Origin: Lama glama | Lineage: Eukaryota | Direction: 5' to 3' | Assembly (NCBI GenBank): GCA_028534125.1 | Contig: CM052817.1 | Coordinates: 83,578,001 to 83,642,000 of the forward strand | DNA length: 64,000 nt | In this document: positions 43,201-57,850 of the stretch, piece by piece | How the letters are laid out: each line of letters begins with the position of its first letter | Position numbering within the stretch: the first letter of the stretch is position 1 | Notes under the pieces: model-generated | Database searches by the model: none | What the model saw: only the letters and a program-made list of their open reading frames with translations | What the model was told of the DNA's origin: nothing | Position numbers and translations under genes: made by a program

Positions 43201-43894
43201 GGGACTAGAGGTATCCTATTAAGAGTTGCAAAGTAAAGCTATAACAATAACCAGGGGTACTGAAGAGCTAGCCTGTTGTATTCTAGGGCAGCTATGGATT
43301 ATAAAGGCAGCTCTGAGTTATAAAGGTAACACAATTACTGAATTATAAAGTTTAGTCAATCTATGGAAATTTGAAGTGGGAAGATCTTGAAAGTTTCCTC
43401 TAATCTTTCAGGCCTCTGAAAACTGCCTTGAATTGAAAATTGATTCCTTTTTTGGCCAGGTTTCAGAACATAAAGATAAAACTTATCCCTCATTCTCAGG
43501 AGTATGTATACAAAACAATTTTGTTCCAACAGCCTAGTTACCGTAGGAATTGTATTTTCTGATTTGGAAATGAGGCTAAGGGTTACTAGCTTCTCTGACA
43601 AATACTAGTAAGCTCTATTTTTCTACTAGGAAAGAGCCTTATATTCAGCTGATAATGCTTTCCATAGGTTTTCAGGTATTCAGGGCTTCTTATTGGAAAT
43701 TAACAAAACTGGAATGGGGTACATGGAGTTAACTTTCTTTTTTCTTCAGTTGGAGACACACGTAAACTTTCTTTTTTTCTCATAAGAAAAGGTGTAAGTT
43801 TTAGATAGTTCAACCAGCCAAGTTCGTTAAAACTATGGAAATTATTTACTAATAATACAATATAAGTTTATATTTAGTATGTTTTCTTCTCTAG

Positions 43895-44022
43895 GTTTCC
43901 TCAGTTATTGGCGTGGCAACTTGGCAAATGTCATCCGGTATTTTCCAACACAAGCTCTCAACTTTGCTTTTAAAGACAAATACAAACAACTTTTCATGTC
44001 CGGAGTTAATAAAGAAAAACAG
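43895..44022 (+). CDS. SLC25A31: SLC25A31 exon 2
   Basis: ctctag|GTTTCC...AAACAG|gtaatt; 128 bp, [43 protein letters not shown]. Confidence 0.97.
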
Positions 44023-44059
44023 GTAATTTTTTAATTTTATTTTTTATTGGATGAAAGAT

Positions 44060-44393
44060 TTTTTTTAAGTCCATAGTGATTTACAATTTTCACAAGTTTC
44101 ACACATGTGATTTCATGTAATGAATGCATGGTACCCCTTTTTTCCCCCTTTGTTGCCCTTTCCCCTCTTCTCTCCCCACTGGTAACCACTAGTTTGTTCT
44201 CTATATCTATGAGTCCACTGCTTTTTTGTATTATTCACTAGTTGTAGTTTTTCAGATTCTACATATAAGTGATATCATACAGTATTTGTCTTTATCTGTC
44301 TGATTTATTTCACTTAGCATAATGCCCTCCATGTACATCTATGTTGCTGCAAATGGCAAAATTTTCATTCTTTTTTATGGCTGAGTAGTCTTC

Positions 44394-44438
<45 letters not shown>

Positions 44439-44620
44439 ACATCTTCTTTATCCATTCATCTGCTGATGAACACTTAGGTGGCTTCCCTACCTTGGCAATT
44501 GCAAATAATGCTGCTGTGAATACTGTGGTGCATATATCTTTTCAAGTTGGTATTTTGGGGTTTTTTTCTGGATATACACCTGAGAGTAGAATTACTGGGT
44601 CATATGGTAGTTCTATTTTT
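44060..44620 (-). mobile_element. L1 3' end fragment containing a (TG)n microsatellite (44396-44437)
   Basis: tttcacttagcataatgccctcc...gttgctgcaaatggc...gctgggtcatatggtagttctatttt-like motifs. Confidence 0.85.
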
Positions 44621-45877
44621 AGGAAAAACCACTAATTATATTTTAATATCTCTAAAATTTTCTAAGGAATAGTTGGATTTCTTACCTGTGGAGTTCTGTT
44701 TGGGAAAGAGGTGCTCAAGTGGTGGAAAAAAATAGTAGTTAAAACATTCTATTAGCCTATTATAATATGCATTAAGTTATAGAAGTTACATATGAAAAAC
44801 ATAGAATTATATAAACTTGTACAAATTTCTCTAAACCTCTTAACAGTTTAATAACTACAGGGTCTTTTATCTCAAGGCAATATTTCTCTGATTTAAGTGT
44901 TAATTTTTAATATGACTTACATATAATTGTCACTATTCTGCACTAAAAAATTTCAGCATTTAATCTGGTTTTGGTAAGCAAAAAAAAAAAACAACAAACC
45001 AGTCAGCAGCTATGTATTTCCTACCACTGAAGTAATTTATTTCCTAAAGAAGTAAATTGTTTCTTCTTTATGACTAAGGATCTGTTTAGCTGTGACTAAA
45101 ATGTGTAGGAAGATCAAATCAAACAAACAGGAAAATGATAAATTTAAGTTAGAGAATTCTCTCTTTTTGTTACAAAAGTGCTTTTCCTTTTCACGATAAT
45201 CATTCTCTTGGTTACAGAAATCTCACTTTCAAAATTTCCTGCTCATATAAACTGTATACCATTTGTCATGGTCTCCATTTCTTTTGTTACCTCGATATAC
45301 ACTAGACCACCTACATTACTCTCAAGGCCTTCCCCTCATCCACCCTCTCTACCCAATCATTCTTTCTTTTTTTCTCTTTCTCTCAACCAACCAACCAACC
45401 AAGCTGTCTTAGCAGGTCTTTAAAAGCAACTATTTGTGGACCATTTCTTTGTTGCTACTTCCTTTCATTTCTTTTTAGACTCTTAATTCCCTTTTTTCCA
45501 CAATTTATATATCATTAGCAAATATATATTTAATATTTTGAACTGTCTATTATGTAGTGCGAGGTATAAAGGTAACAAAGAAAGTTCTTTAGACTTAGAT
45601 TCAGAAGATCTGGATTTGGATCCTGGCATTCAGGTTATTTAGCTGTAAGAGTTTTTGAAAATCACCTTTCTGATCCTTAGTTTCCTCATGTGAAAATTGG
45701 ATATAGTAATACCTACCTCATGAGGTTTAGATGAGTAAGGTTTGGATGAGACTAAACATGTAAAGACACATAAAGTGCTTACAGTTGTGTTGTGCTTTTG
45801 TAGTAGGCACTCAGAAAAATGTTTGTCGTCTTTAGCTAGCAGCTCTAATAGTTGGAACTTTTCTTGACTGAGAACCT

Positions 45878-46490
45878 GTGTCAGAGGTCCCCAAGACCAC
45901 CTTCATGTTCAGTGGTTCACTAGGACTCAAATAACTCAGAAAAACTATTATACTCATGGTTTATTATTACAAAATGATATAAAGTCAACAAAGGGAAAAA
46001 GTGCACAAGACAAGATCCAGAAGAAACTGGGTGCAAGCTTCCAGTTTTCCTCTCTTAGCAGAGCCACCTGGACAGCACTTAATTCTCCCAGCAATAATGT
46101 GTGACAACACAATGATGTGTTGCCAAGTAGGGTTGCTCACTTTAGCCATGGTTCCAAGGTTATTTTGGAATTCAGTTGCATAGGCACGTGCAACATGACT
46201 GACCTTAGCTGCTCAGTCTCTAGCCACTGCCCCACCCCGCAAGAGGTCAAACTGATACAGTTTAGCCCAAGGTCCCAAGTATACAAAGGGGTGTTCACCA
46301 TAAATCAGTGTCAGTGTAAACTATCTGGTGTTGCCCAAAGGCTCAGGCATACAAAGATACTCTTATTAGGTAGGATATTCCAAGGGCTCAGAAGGTTATC
46401 TCAAAGGAACTGGTCAAGGGTAGTCTCTTTTACCTGGGGGAAAAAAAAAGGTTAGATAGAATTTAAGATACACTTTATAAATCTTTATGC
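45878..46490. mobile_element. MER21-like LTR relic
   Basis: tgtcagaggtccccaagaccacc...actcagaaaaactattatactcatggttt. Confidence 0.65.
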
Positions 46491-46827
46491 TACATATCAT
46501 ATATGGTTTGGCTTATTTGCTTGTAAGAAGCAAAAACTTACTTCAAGAAAAAGAGGTATTCATTGCAATGATACACTGGCCCTGGAATTTGAACCAAAAG
46601 CAGCTCTAGGGATCAAACTATACTCTTTTATCTTTGTCTCCCAGGTCACTTAGTCTATCTCTGTCTCTAAGCTCTGTGTTTACTCATTATTTCCCACTTT
46701 TTTTACTTACCTATATATTTTTTTTAATGTCTTTTAAGTTCGCCGTTAATATCGTAGTGGTCCCTTCTGACCTTTCAGAAGGTTAGAGGTTCTTTACCAG
46801 GGATCCATGTGCTCTAGAGGAATAACT

Positions 46828-47870
46828 TAAACAGCTCATACAACTTAATAACAAAAACAAACAAACACCCCAAACCAAAAATGAGCAGAAAACCTAAACA
46901 AGCAGTTCTCCAGTGAAGACATACAAATGGCCAATAGGCACATGAAAAAATACTCAGTGTCACTAATTATCAGAGAAATGCAAATCAAAACTACAATGAG
47001 CTATCACACCAATTAGAATGGCCATCATTCAAAAGTCCACGAACAATAAATGCTGGAGAGAGTGTGGAGAAAAGGGAACCCTCCTACACTGTTGGTGGGA
47101 ATGTAGTTTGGTGCAGCCATTATGGAAAACACTATGGACATTCCTCAAAAAATTAAAAAAAGGCTTACCATATGATCCAGCAGTCCTACTCCTGGGCATA
47201 TATCTGCAATAAACTGTAATTCAGGAGATACATGCACCCCAGTGTTCACAGCAGCACTACTTACAATAGCCAAGACATGGAAACAACCTAAATGTCCATT
47301 AACAGATAACTGGATAAGAAGTTGCAGTGAGTATATATGATATATGTGTGTGTGTGTGTGTGTGTGTGTATAAAATATACGTGTGTGTGTATGTTACAAC
47401 AGAATACTACTCAGCCATAAAAAAGAATAAAATGCCATTTGCAGCAACATGGATGGACCTAGAGATCATCATTCTAAGTGAAGCCAGAAAGACAAATACC
47501 ATATGATATCACTCATATGTGGACTCTAAAAAAAAAAAAAAAGAAAAAAAGAGGACACTAATGAACTCATCTACAAAACAGAAACAGACTCTCAGACATA
47601 GTAAACAATCTTATGGTTCTCAGGGTAAAGGGGATGGGAGGGGATAAATTTGGGAGTTTGAGATTTGTAAATGATAACCACTATATATAAAAATAGATAA
47701 ACAAATTTCTTCTGTATAGCAGAGGGAACTATATTCAGTATCTTATAATAACCTTTAATGAAAAAGAATATGAAAATGAATATATATATATGCATGACTG
47801 GAGCATTATGCTATACATCAGAAATTGACACATTATAATTAACTATACTTAATAAAAAATAAATAAAAAA
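46828..47870 (+). mobile_element. Lineage-specific L1: ORF2 C-terminus plus 3' UTR and A-rich tail
   Basis: ORF 47018-47212 ([21 protein letters not shown]) is the L1 ORF2 Cys-rich region; 3' end matches 22470-22863. Confidence 0.92.
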
Positions 47871-48309
47871 CAAAAGTATATGTTTATATATGTGTGATTT
47901 GTACTGGAAGAGTATCTATAGCTTTCAACAGTCTCAGAGCCGACTAAAACCTAAAAAAAGCTATTTAATATTTCCATTTCTGTCCTTACTGCTAACTGGC
48001 ATAGACTTTCAAGACATAAACTCTGACCCAGCTCCTCTTTTTCTACCAGATTATGTATTGTCTACTAGACTGTGGATTAGCTACTCTGGGGTCAGAATCA
48101 AACTTTTGGTCTAATTATCTCTTTGTGATTATGACACATGACTACCTTTACAGTAGAACTTATTTGTTTCACTTAAAAGAAGCCATAGGAGTCTGAGTAC
48201 CCTTCATTTAACAAATATTTATTGAAAGCATTACTATTACTCTGGGCAAGGCCCTGTGACTTGCTTTGTAAAATAAAAAAAAAGAATCCTAGCCTCAAAA
48301 AAAGGTATT

Positions 48310-48735
48310 TAACCCAAATGTCCATGAACTGAAGAATGGATAAATAAAATGTGGTAAATCCATGTAATGAAATATTTGTCAATAAAAAGTAATGAAGTGC
48401 TAACACATGCTGCAATGTGGATGAACCTTGGAAACAAGTTATATGACAGAAGCCAATCACAAAAGATTGTATTCTGTGTTTTTCCATGTATAGGAAATAT
48501 CCTATAGAAATGTTCTAAAATAGGCAAATCTATAGAGACAGAAAGTAGCTTAATGGTTATCTAGGGGGATGGGGAGGATGTGGAGTGAGTGCTGATGGGT
48601 ACAAGGTTTCTTTTTGGGGTGATGAAAATGTTCTGAAACTGATAATGGTTGCACAACTCCATGAATATGCTAACAATCCATTGAATTGAATACTTTGCAT
48701 GAGTGAACTGTTTGGTGTATAAAAAATATGTCAAT
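48310..48735 (+). mobile_element. L1 (L1MB-like) 3' UTR fragment
   Basis: aacccaaatgtccat...ataggcaaatctatagagacagaaagtag...ggggtgatgaaaatgttct. Confidence 0.8.
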
Positions 48736-49924
48736 AAGTAAAAATTAATAATTTTGGCCTGAAGACATTTATTGTCTGTAGAAGGTAAGAGGTTAAGACA
48801 AGACAGGTACACAAATAACTATAAATGAAGAGTAGAAAGTAATTGTAAATACTGTTAAAAAAAATGAGAATCTGAAACATGATGACACATTTTACATATT
48901 GGTCACATGATTCATCTTTAATTCTCTGAGAGATGAAGTGGGAAGAGAATATGATTACATACAGTTTTGAGTGGATTGGAGATAAGAGATTTCATGGAAG
49001 AAATAGAATTTGAATTAGAGCATAAATCAATAACTTTTTACTTTTAAAAGACAGGAAGAAAATTAAAAGATAAGAAGGGCATCCAAGCTAAGAGAAAATT
49101 GACAGTTCAAAAGCATCTGAGACTTAAAACTGTTGTTAGAAATAAGAGACAGGCAAGCAAGAAACTCAGCTTGATTAGATTCTTACTCACTTTAATATAT
49201 TTAATGGTTACAGTAGCCTTGTACCCTAGATTTTCTATAACAGTGCCAATTCATATATTCCTTATTTCTCCAGTAAGCTCTAGATGTTGAAAAGCAGTTT
49301 ACTGGACCTAAGCAGGGCATATTTCAAATGTTCATCAAAAAGAACCTCAACAGCCCATGTGAACTAGTAGATCAGAAAGGCCTAACTTATTTGTCACTAA
49401 ACCACAATAAAATGATTTCTGCCAATTTTCATTTTGGCATTGGAACTTAATATATATATTTGAGCTGATTAAATGTATTTCTACTTAAATTACAAAGTGA
49501 AATTGTGGCATTACGATGTATCACTGTCCACCTCCCCTGCCACCAATCAAGGGAACAACTAAAGCCTCCACAGATGCCTAACATTTTAGTCATAACTAAC
49601 ATATTGTTAACAAAAAAGTTTATACAGTCTGAGCAGCTGATTATCTTTTGTGGCCTCTTTTGCTAATTTGGGCCACTTTTGCTGGAGGACATTAAAATAT
49701 CTTAGAATTTCAGTATGCCAGCATCTAAGCTGTATTTCCCAGACCACCTGGAAAGAAACAAAGGCTACATGGACATGAGCAGTATTTTGGATATTATATG
49801 TGTTGTTATAGCTGTTTACTTATAAGAGCAGTTGGTAAAGCTGGCTCTTTAACCTCTATAAAGATAAGAATTTAAAAATCAGATTCTGTAGTTTAATAAC
49901 CACTTTTTAAATAATATGTTTCAG

Positions 49925-50042
49925 TTCTGGAGGTGGTTTTTGGCAAACCTGGCTTCTGGTGGAGCTGCTGGGGCAACATCCTTATGTGTGGTATATCCGC
50001 TAGATTTTGCCCGAACCCGATTAGGTGTTGATATTGGAAAAG
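49925..50042 (+). CDS. SLC25A31: SLC25A31 exon 3
   Basis: tttcag|TTCTGG...GAAAAG|gtatgg; 118 bp, [39 protein letters not shown]. Confidence 0.97.
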
Positions 50043-52095
50043 GTATGGGAGTTTTAGAAATACTAACTTTTCCTTCTTTGTGTTTTGAACACTGTATTAT
50101 TTGCTGTAGAGTTATACTATAACAGCAATGTTGGATACAGTCTAAAAATTTTATTTTCAACCAAATGGTAAAGTTACAGACCCTAAAGATTACTACTTTT
50201 TTCTTTCCCCTTAAAAGAGGGAAGAGGAAGGTCAACACTGTAGTAACAAAAGAGCAAGGACAAAATCTGCTTATAAATTACTTCTAGGTGGTTTTTGTTT
50301 TGTTTTGTTTTGTTTTGTTTGAAAGCCGCCTGCTAGATCCCTTACATTTATTGCTGCCTTGACTGTGGCTCCTGTCTGGATTACCTGTGTAACTCCCATC
50401 CTAGAGATTCCCTTTCCCTCTGCCCTTCTTATTTTATTTATCACATCTTACTGTGTTTTTGTTTTGGTAGATTATGTTCTTTGGTAGCTTTCTAAAAGCT
50501 TTCTGAGAAGGGTGGATAGGAGATAAATTGAGATCTTGCATATCTAAAGATGTCTGTGTTTCACTCTCAATGTTTGGCTGTATATAAAATTCTGGTTTTA
50601 AAATTGTTTCTTTCACAATTTTGAAAGAATTTCTCTGGGTTCTTGTTTCTAATACTGCTCTTAAGAAATACTGCTGATCCTTTTGTATGTGGCTTGTTTT
50701 TCTTTTTAATTACCTTATATCCCTGATGATCTGACATTCACAATGATGTATCTTTGTGTGAGTCATTTTCAGTACTTGTGCGGGTAACTCAGTTGGCCCC
50801 TTTCAATCTGGAGCCTTATGTTCAGTTATGAGGTTGACAGAGCTTCCTACTCAGGGTGAGGTTGTAGATTTTGAGCATACAGGTGCTACTTTGCTCCCAC
50901 CACAATAGTGCTTAATTCCTCTAATTTTATCTCTTTCTTTGGTTATTGGGGTCAAATGGCTCACTTCTCGAAGATGTCTCCCTCTGCAAGAAACTAGGTT
51001 TCAACTTTTCTCCATTTAGTGAGTTACTGCTCTACCTCCTTTCCATCTTGCTAAAATTTGTGGCTTTTAATCTCTTGTCATGTACTCTTCTTTGCTTATA
51101 TGGCTTTGAAACTGTTTTATTCCTTTATTATAATTTTAATAGAATTTATTAAGGGGGCTGAGGTTCATTCAACATATTTATTGAGTGCTTGCTGGGAACT
51201 AGGCATTGCCTGAGATACAGGATATGTGTGTGTAACACACGCGCGTGGCGCACACACACCATATTAAACATGGAGCTCATGGTTCATGTACCTTACAGTC
51301 TAGTGGAGATCACAAGTAATAAAAAAAAGACTAAAGTTTACTGCCACTTAGCAATAAATGCCATGAAAAAAACTTAGGAGAAGAGAGTGACATCATTTTA
51401 AATGATGAGAGACAATGCCTCAGAAGGGGCGGCATTTGAACAAAGATGAAAATTTGAGTTTCATCTATCATGTTTAACTGGCAGTCCAAATTTTCTTAAT
51501 ATTATAAGAAAGTGAAAATAGCATATGTATCTTGTTTAATTTCAATTCGATAGCTTTGTTTTCTCAAAATTGGGAGATTGTATTCTGTATAATATTCGTA
51601 AAATATTTTCAAGGAGTTCTAGATCAAGGGAAAATAAAGACAAAACTGGCAAACACTAGAAAAATATGACACCTTATCTAAAATGTTAATGATTCTCAAA
51701 GTTGCTAGTTTTTAGCTTTGTCTTTTTGCTTTATCTGTCTTTTCACTCTTCAACTGAAGGAAGTTGTAGTTTTTCATGCCTAAATATTTTTTGAATGACA
51801 ACTAGTTACTTCTGGTAATTTTATTAAAATGTTTTAAGCCAGTCAGATTGCTTGAATTAGATTGCTTTCATAGGAAGTTAATATTTTCAGTTAAAATCTT
51901 TTAAGATCTACTTGAAATCTTATTTATCTTTAAATGAATGGGAAGGTTTTGATGTGTGCTTTTTTTTGTTAGAAGATTCCTAAATGTCAGTTCCAGATAA
52001 TTTAAATCTGTAAAGTGTTTACATTAATTTACTCTGATTAATGTGTTTATCTGATACATAACTTTACTAATAAATTTTAAATGACTTTATTTTAG

Positions 52096-52250
52096 GTCCT
52101 GAAGAGCGACAATTCAAGGGTTTAGGTGACTGTATTATGAAAATAGCAAAATCAGATGGAATTGTTGGTCTATACCAAGGGTTTGGTGTTTCAGTTCAGG
52201 GCATCATTGTGTACCGAGCCTCTTATTTTGGAGCTTATGACACAGTTAAG
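52096..52250 (+). CDS. SLC25A31: SLC25A31 exon 4
   Basis: ttttag|GTCCTG...GTTAAG|gtaatt; 155 bp, [52 protein letters not shown]. Confidence 0.97.
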
Positions 52251-53706
52251 GTAATTTGGTGCTTTCAGTAGTATATATTAAATAAATGGTTTGTTTCTTT
52301 TTATTGTTCTAATTAGTAATATGTTCAGCTTGTGTGTTTACTCTTAATTATAGAAATCAAAATAAATGATGATGTAAGAGACATTATAGCCTTCTGTTTA
52401 ATCTCTATTTTGCCGTAACTTAATTAAATTATAACTGTATTATGGCTCTGAGTTTGGATGTAAAGCATACATACAAACATTGAGTTTTTGTACAGTTTGT
52501 ACTGAAAGATTCAAATAGAAAACATGCTAATTAGGCTTATATCATAATTAAATCTTTGGTATATAGGAAGGCATCTTCTAACAGTTTTTCTGATTTTACA
52601 TTCACTTTATTTCACTTTTTACATGCATATTATCAGTTTTATATCATTGGAAAGTAGGCAAGGCATAATTAATTAGTTAAATACAGTAAATGCTACTGTA
52701 GCTCAGTTATCTATTGGGTACTATTAGATTCTATACTGTATTCTGTAGGTTGCTCTGCAATTTGCCTTTTCATTTCAGATTTTAATAGCACTTCAGTAAG
52801 GTAGGAAAGAGAAAGATGTAACAATGGCTACCATTTTTTTAGCTATTACTTAGTTTTGGAAACTTGTTAAGTATGCTGTGTCCTCGCAGTTATCTACGAG
52901 CTTTTAATATACCCCATTTTAAAGATAAATAACGTAGGAATGGCTAAGTAAGTGGCAAGCATAAATCCCATGCTCTTAATCACTATAGGGAAATGCTTCT
53001 GAAAGGAAACAATGAAATTAATGTCAGTATTATTTACTAAGTAAGATTAAAACTTGAGGGAAATTTTATAATAGTTTTATATTTTATCTCTGCTCTCCAT
53101 CATTAGTGTAAATGCAGTTGAATGTAGTTTTTACTGTGGTCTGGACATACTACTTTTAGTTTGTAGTGTACTTTTTAGACAGATTAATAGATAAATGGAA
53201 ATTAAAGGATCTTATGTATGTTTATTTAATCACAGAAAAATTTATATTTACTCTCCCTCTGCTTTTCTGTTATCACCTGTGGTAGTTGTGAAATTTAGAA
53301 TGTTTTTCACTAGCTTAGAGCTTTAAAGCTGCTTATCAAATATCATCTGTTAATGGTAACAGGCATTCTTTCATCTTTTCCAACTTTATGAGTAGGAACC
53401 ATGGAATAATTTTTTTTGGTCACTGGCTGCTATCTGCCCTAGTTTTCAGTGCCATTAATAACAGATCTCCTTTAATAGCAAATATGCTATCCTTTTTCAA
53501 ATATGCTTTAGCCATGTGTGAGACTCTCCTTTCTTGTTGATCTCCTGCTATTATTTTAATCTTTCCGCATTAAATCCAGCTGGTTTTTTTTATTGCATTT
53601 TAAATGTAATCCAGCCCTCTTTCATATATTTGTAGAATTATACTCTGACTGAAGATTTAAGATGTTTTGGAAATTTAGATAGTTACTTGATAATTTTTCT
53701 TTCTAG

Positions 53707-53832
53707 GGCTTATTACCAAAACCAAAGGAAACTCCATTTCTTGTCTCCTTTTTCATTGCTCAAGTTGTGACTACATGCTCCGGAATACTCTCTTATCCCT
53801 TTGATACAGTTAGAAGACGTATGATGATGCAG
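53707..53832 (+). CDS. SLC25A31: SLC25A31 exon 5 (contains ANT signature RRRMMM)
   Basis: ttctag|GGCTTA...ATGCAG|gtactt; 126 bp, [42 protein letters not shown]. Confidence 0.97.
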
Positions 53833-55159
53833 GTACTTCTATCTTATTTGTAAGCTTAATTGAATTTTTCAGTATCTCTGATATTCAGGTATAAATTATT
53901 AAAATTTTAGAGAAATTTTGGCTGAAAGCTATAGGCTGTTTGTTTTACTTATTAAAATAAATGCATGCATGACATACTCTGTCTTGCGTTCTTTCCTATC
54001 CCAAAACAGCCATCATGCAGCAAAGTTTCTTCCATGTCTATTATCAGAACTGAAATGCCTTTCACTCCTATAGAGTGTATTGTTTGGAGGGAAGAGGGGT
54101 ATGGCAGAGAATGGATGAGCATGTGTCTATTTTAACTGAATATTAGATTAAGTAGAATAAACCCAGTCACAGGCCACTGACATACATAATCATTTGTTGT
54201 AATATATTTTAATAAAAGTAAATGATTTTTAACTCCAAGGATGAAAACTTGTTTATAATGATGTATGTTCTAAATATAAATCCCCAAACCAAAATTTTGA
54301 TGCAGTCTCCATTATTGTTATTTGCTACATTGATTCATTCAGCAAATAATAACCAAGCTATGGTGACACAAATAAAATAAGGCAGAACCTGCACCCAAAT
54401 TCATAGCATGGTATTGAACGCATACTGTTAATGGTTTAAATAGAAATGTGCATAGGTTCCAGGAATGCAATAGAGGAGGGGTGCCCAAATGCTTAAAGTG
54501 ATTGGATATGACCTCTTAGAGAGCTAAATCTCAGAAATAATTTTTCTCCAGACAGTGAGACAGCATTCTCAGCAGAGGGTAAAAAACATACCTAGAGGTA
54601 TGGCTTGAGAAGTATTAAGTAGTTCAGTATACCCATATGATAAATTTCATGAAAATAATGAGGCCAGAAAGCTATGTTTATTATGTGCCAGAACTGTCCT
54701 AAGCATTTTACACTTTAACTCATTTAATTCTCAAAACAATGTTGTGAGGTGTAGTTACTATCATTATCCTTATTATCTTCTACAAAATGGTCCTGGAAGA
54801 ACCCAATAAGCCATCTGAAAGAGTAAAACATATCTAACCTATTATGTCATTCATGGAATATTCTTAAAGCTGTTCCTTTTATATCTATGTTTCTTCTTGA
54901 TCTATGTCAAGCTGTAGGTTAATACATTGACAGACTTTTTAAAATGGAAAATTAATTTGCATATAGACTGTGGATTAGGTAAATGGTACTACATAAATTT
55001 TACATTTTCTGATTTCGATAACTGTACTTTGGGTATGAAGGAAAATATACTTATTCTTAGAAAGTGCACACTAAAGTGTTTAAACATAAGGGGCATGATA
55101 TCTGTAACTTACTATCAAAATAATTCAGAAAAAAATTGTGTGGGTTTTTAAATATATGT

Positions 55160-55462
55160 TTGCATTGCTGTATGTATAAAACATAATACCACTGCTGGAT
55201 GGCTTCAACAACATAAATTTATTTTCTAACAGTTCTGGAGGTTAAAAGTCTGAATCAAGGTGTGCAGCAGGGTTGGTGTCTTCTCAAAGTCCTTTTTCTG
55301 TTTCTCTTCTTATAAGGATGGTCATGTTGGATTAGGGCCCACCCTAATAAGCTCATTTAACCTTTATTTTTATAAAGACTCTGTCTCTAAATATAGTTAT
55401 ATTCTGAGGTTCTGAGGTTAGGACTTCAATATATGAATTTTGTGGGGACACAATTCATAACA
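55160..55462. mobile_element. MLT1A/B-like MaLR LTR
   Basis: aaatttattttctaacagttctggagg...ggattagggcccaccctaat...ttaggacttcaatatatgaattttgtggggacacaattc. Confidence 0.75.
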
Positions 55463-55464
55463 GT

Positions 55465-56900
55465 ATTCTTTCAATTTTGTATTTTGATTTTATATCCCAC
55501 AACTTGTTAAACTCGATAATACAAACCCTAATCTATCTGTACACCCTTTGAAGTCTGTTTTTATTTTAAATACCCACAGGTGTTAAATATAATCTGCAAA
55601 TCATACTGGTTTTTTTCCCTTCCTTATCAATTATTATACCTTTTATTCCTTTTCTTGCCTTTCTGCACTGGTTGAGACCTCTGATTCAATGCTACATGAA
55701 AGAAGTAATAACTGGCAACCTGGTTTTGTTCCTAATCTTACTAGGAATGCCTTCAGTGTTACAAAGTTTAATGTTAGCTATGGATTCTTTGTAATTATGC
55801 CTTTATCATGTCATGGCTGTTCCTTTCTGTTTGGATTACAATAATTTTTAATCATAAATAGTGGTCATGTTCTACACCTAGATGATCATATCATTTCTCT
55901 CTTTTCATATGTTAATATATATTGTATTACATTAATTAGTTTTCCAGAGCTAAACTAACCTTATATGCCTGGGATAAATCCAGTTTAGTCGTGATACATT
56001 GTATTTTTTTCCCCTTCTGTATTTGATTTGCTAGTTTTTGTTCATTATCTTTGCATACATGGTTTCTGTGACATTGGAGTGTTGTTTTTCTTTCTTGCGT
56101 TATCCTAGTCTAATGTTAGTATCAGACCTATGCAAACCTCTAAAAATATGCTGGGGAGTCTCCTCACTTTTTCTCTTCTCTGGAGTAATTTCTGTAAAAG
56201 TAGAATTAAATGCTCATTGAATGTTTAGTAGAACTCACATATAAAGTCATCTGGACATGGGGTTTTCTAATTTATAGGAAGATTTTCAACAACTGATTGA
56301 ATATCTTCAGCAAATTTAGTATTATTCCAGTGTTTTAAGGAATTTATCCATTTCTTCTGAGTTTTCAAAATAACTGTCATAAAGTCTTTCATATCATCAT
56401 CTTGCTCTTTCTTAATCTCTGGGTCATCTGCAGTGATGTTCCCCTTGCCACTTATAACAATTTGGGGGCCTTTTCATGCTTTTCCTGAAATAATGTGTCC
56501 AGAAATTTGTCAAAGTATTTCAGATAACTAACTTTTGACTTTTTATGCTTTCTGTTGGATCTATTGGCTCTTTCATTTCTCACGGTTAAACTTACATTCA
56601 AGCTGCATCTCACAAATTTAGTTGAGGAGTGGTTATTATTGGGTTTCAAATTTTTTCTAAGATGTGTTTTTCTTAATATCCAAATGTATTTTTCTAGGTA
56701 TCTTTTTTGCTATTGACTTCTCACTTAATTGCAGTGTGTTGAGAGGATAAATCATGGTATGTGATGTCATTTAAAAAAATTTTTTAAGCCTAACATATGG
56801 TTATTTTTCAAGTTGTGCCTGAAAAGTATGAGTATTCTTCAATCACTGGGTACAATACTCAATATATGATCCATTGACTCAACATACTTACTCAACACAG
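55465..56900 (-). mobile_element. Ancient L1 ORF2 relic, antisense, in SLC25A31 intron 5
   Basis: T-rich degenerate L1 motifs (gcctgggataaatcca, gtagaactcac, aaggaatttatccatttc). Confidence 0.6.
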
Positions 56901-56990
56901 TGTTAATTGTAATCTGGCCTTAGTGCTGAATAAAGTCTGTCTTAAGATAAAACACAATAAGATAATGGCAAACTATTTTTCTTTATATAG

Positions 56991-57191
56991 AGTGGTGAGG
57001 CTGAACGGCAATATAAAGGAACTTTAGACTGCTTTGTGAAGATATACCAACATGAAGGAGTCAATGCATTTTTTCGTGGTGCCTTCTCCAATATCCTTCG
57101 TGGTACAGGGGGTGCTTTGGTGTTGGTATTATATGATAAAATTAAAGCATTCCTTAATATTGATATTAGAGGTAGTTCATCAGGAGATTAA
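56991..57191 (+). CDS. SLC25A31: SLC25A31 exon 6 with stop codon
   Basis: tatatag|AGTGGT...[72 protein letters not shown]; six exons sum to 972 nt = 323 aa + stop. Confidence 0.97.
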   Translation, partial: SGEAERQYKGTLDCFVKIYQHEGVNAFFRGAFSNILRGTGGALVLVLYDKIKAFLNIDIRGSSSGD

Positions 57192-57307
57192 ATTGAGAAA
57201 TGCATATAGTTAACTTATTAAACATACAAATAACATAGCTGCCATTTGTATATATTTTGATAGTGTGTTATATTACTGTCAGTATTTTCTTAAAGTACTA
57301 ATTCTGC

Positions 57308-57850
57308 AATAAAGCATAGGCTTTTTTTTCAAGGATTTAAATACTAGAAATTAGAAAAATGTGGTTTACTTCCTACTTAGAGTCAAATTCACTTTAATGA
57401 GAAATCTTATTATAAGTGGTATATGTTACTTATATTCATTTAAAATCTTTTCTTACTTTTGTGATAAAAACTAAAATGTATAATGCTAAAATCCAAGAAA
57501 TGAAAGTATCTCCTTTTAAAATGATACTCTTTTAAATATAATCTCTCCCCATCTTTTAAAATCATATGATATGACAGATATTTCTTAAAAGCTTATTGGA
57601 GATATCATGATAGCTATGGGCATAAGTAAGCTTTCTTCTGTAACGTCTATACTAAGGCAGCTCAGTTATTACTGTGTATAGTGTTTATGGTATCACATAG
57701 CTTTTAATAAGCACAGATCCTGGATCTGATCATAAAAAAATTGATAATGACTTTAATGACACTGTAAACCTGTAGTTGGAAAGGAAAAGATGAAAATGGC
57801 ATATCTGCCAACTTTTATCTTTAAAATAAATAAAATCTTGCAAATAAAAT
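57308..57850 (+). terminator. SLC25A31: Candidate SLC25A31 polyadenylation signals (proximal AATAAA at 57308; cluster at 57825-57848)
   Basis: AATAAA hexamers downstream of the stop in an AT-rich 3' UTR; actual usage not determinable. Confidence 0.5.

Noticed and set aside
47018..47212. 64-aa ORF as a host gene
   Set aside because: Fragment of the L1 ORF2 C-terminus in a 5'-truncated copy
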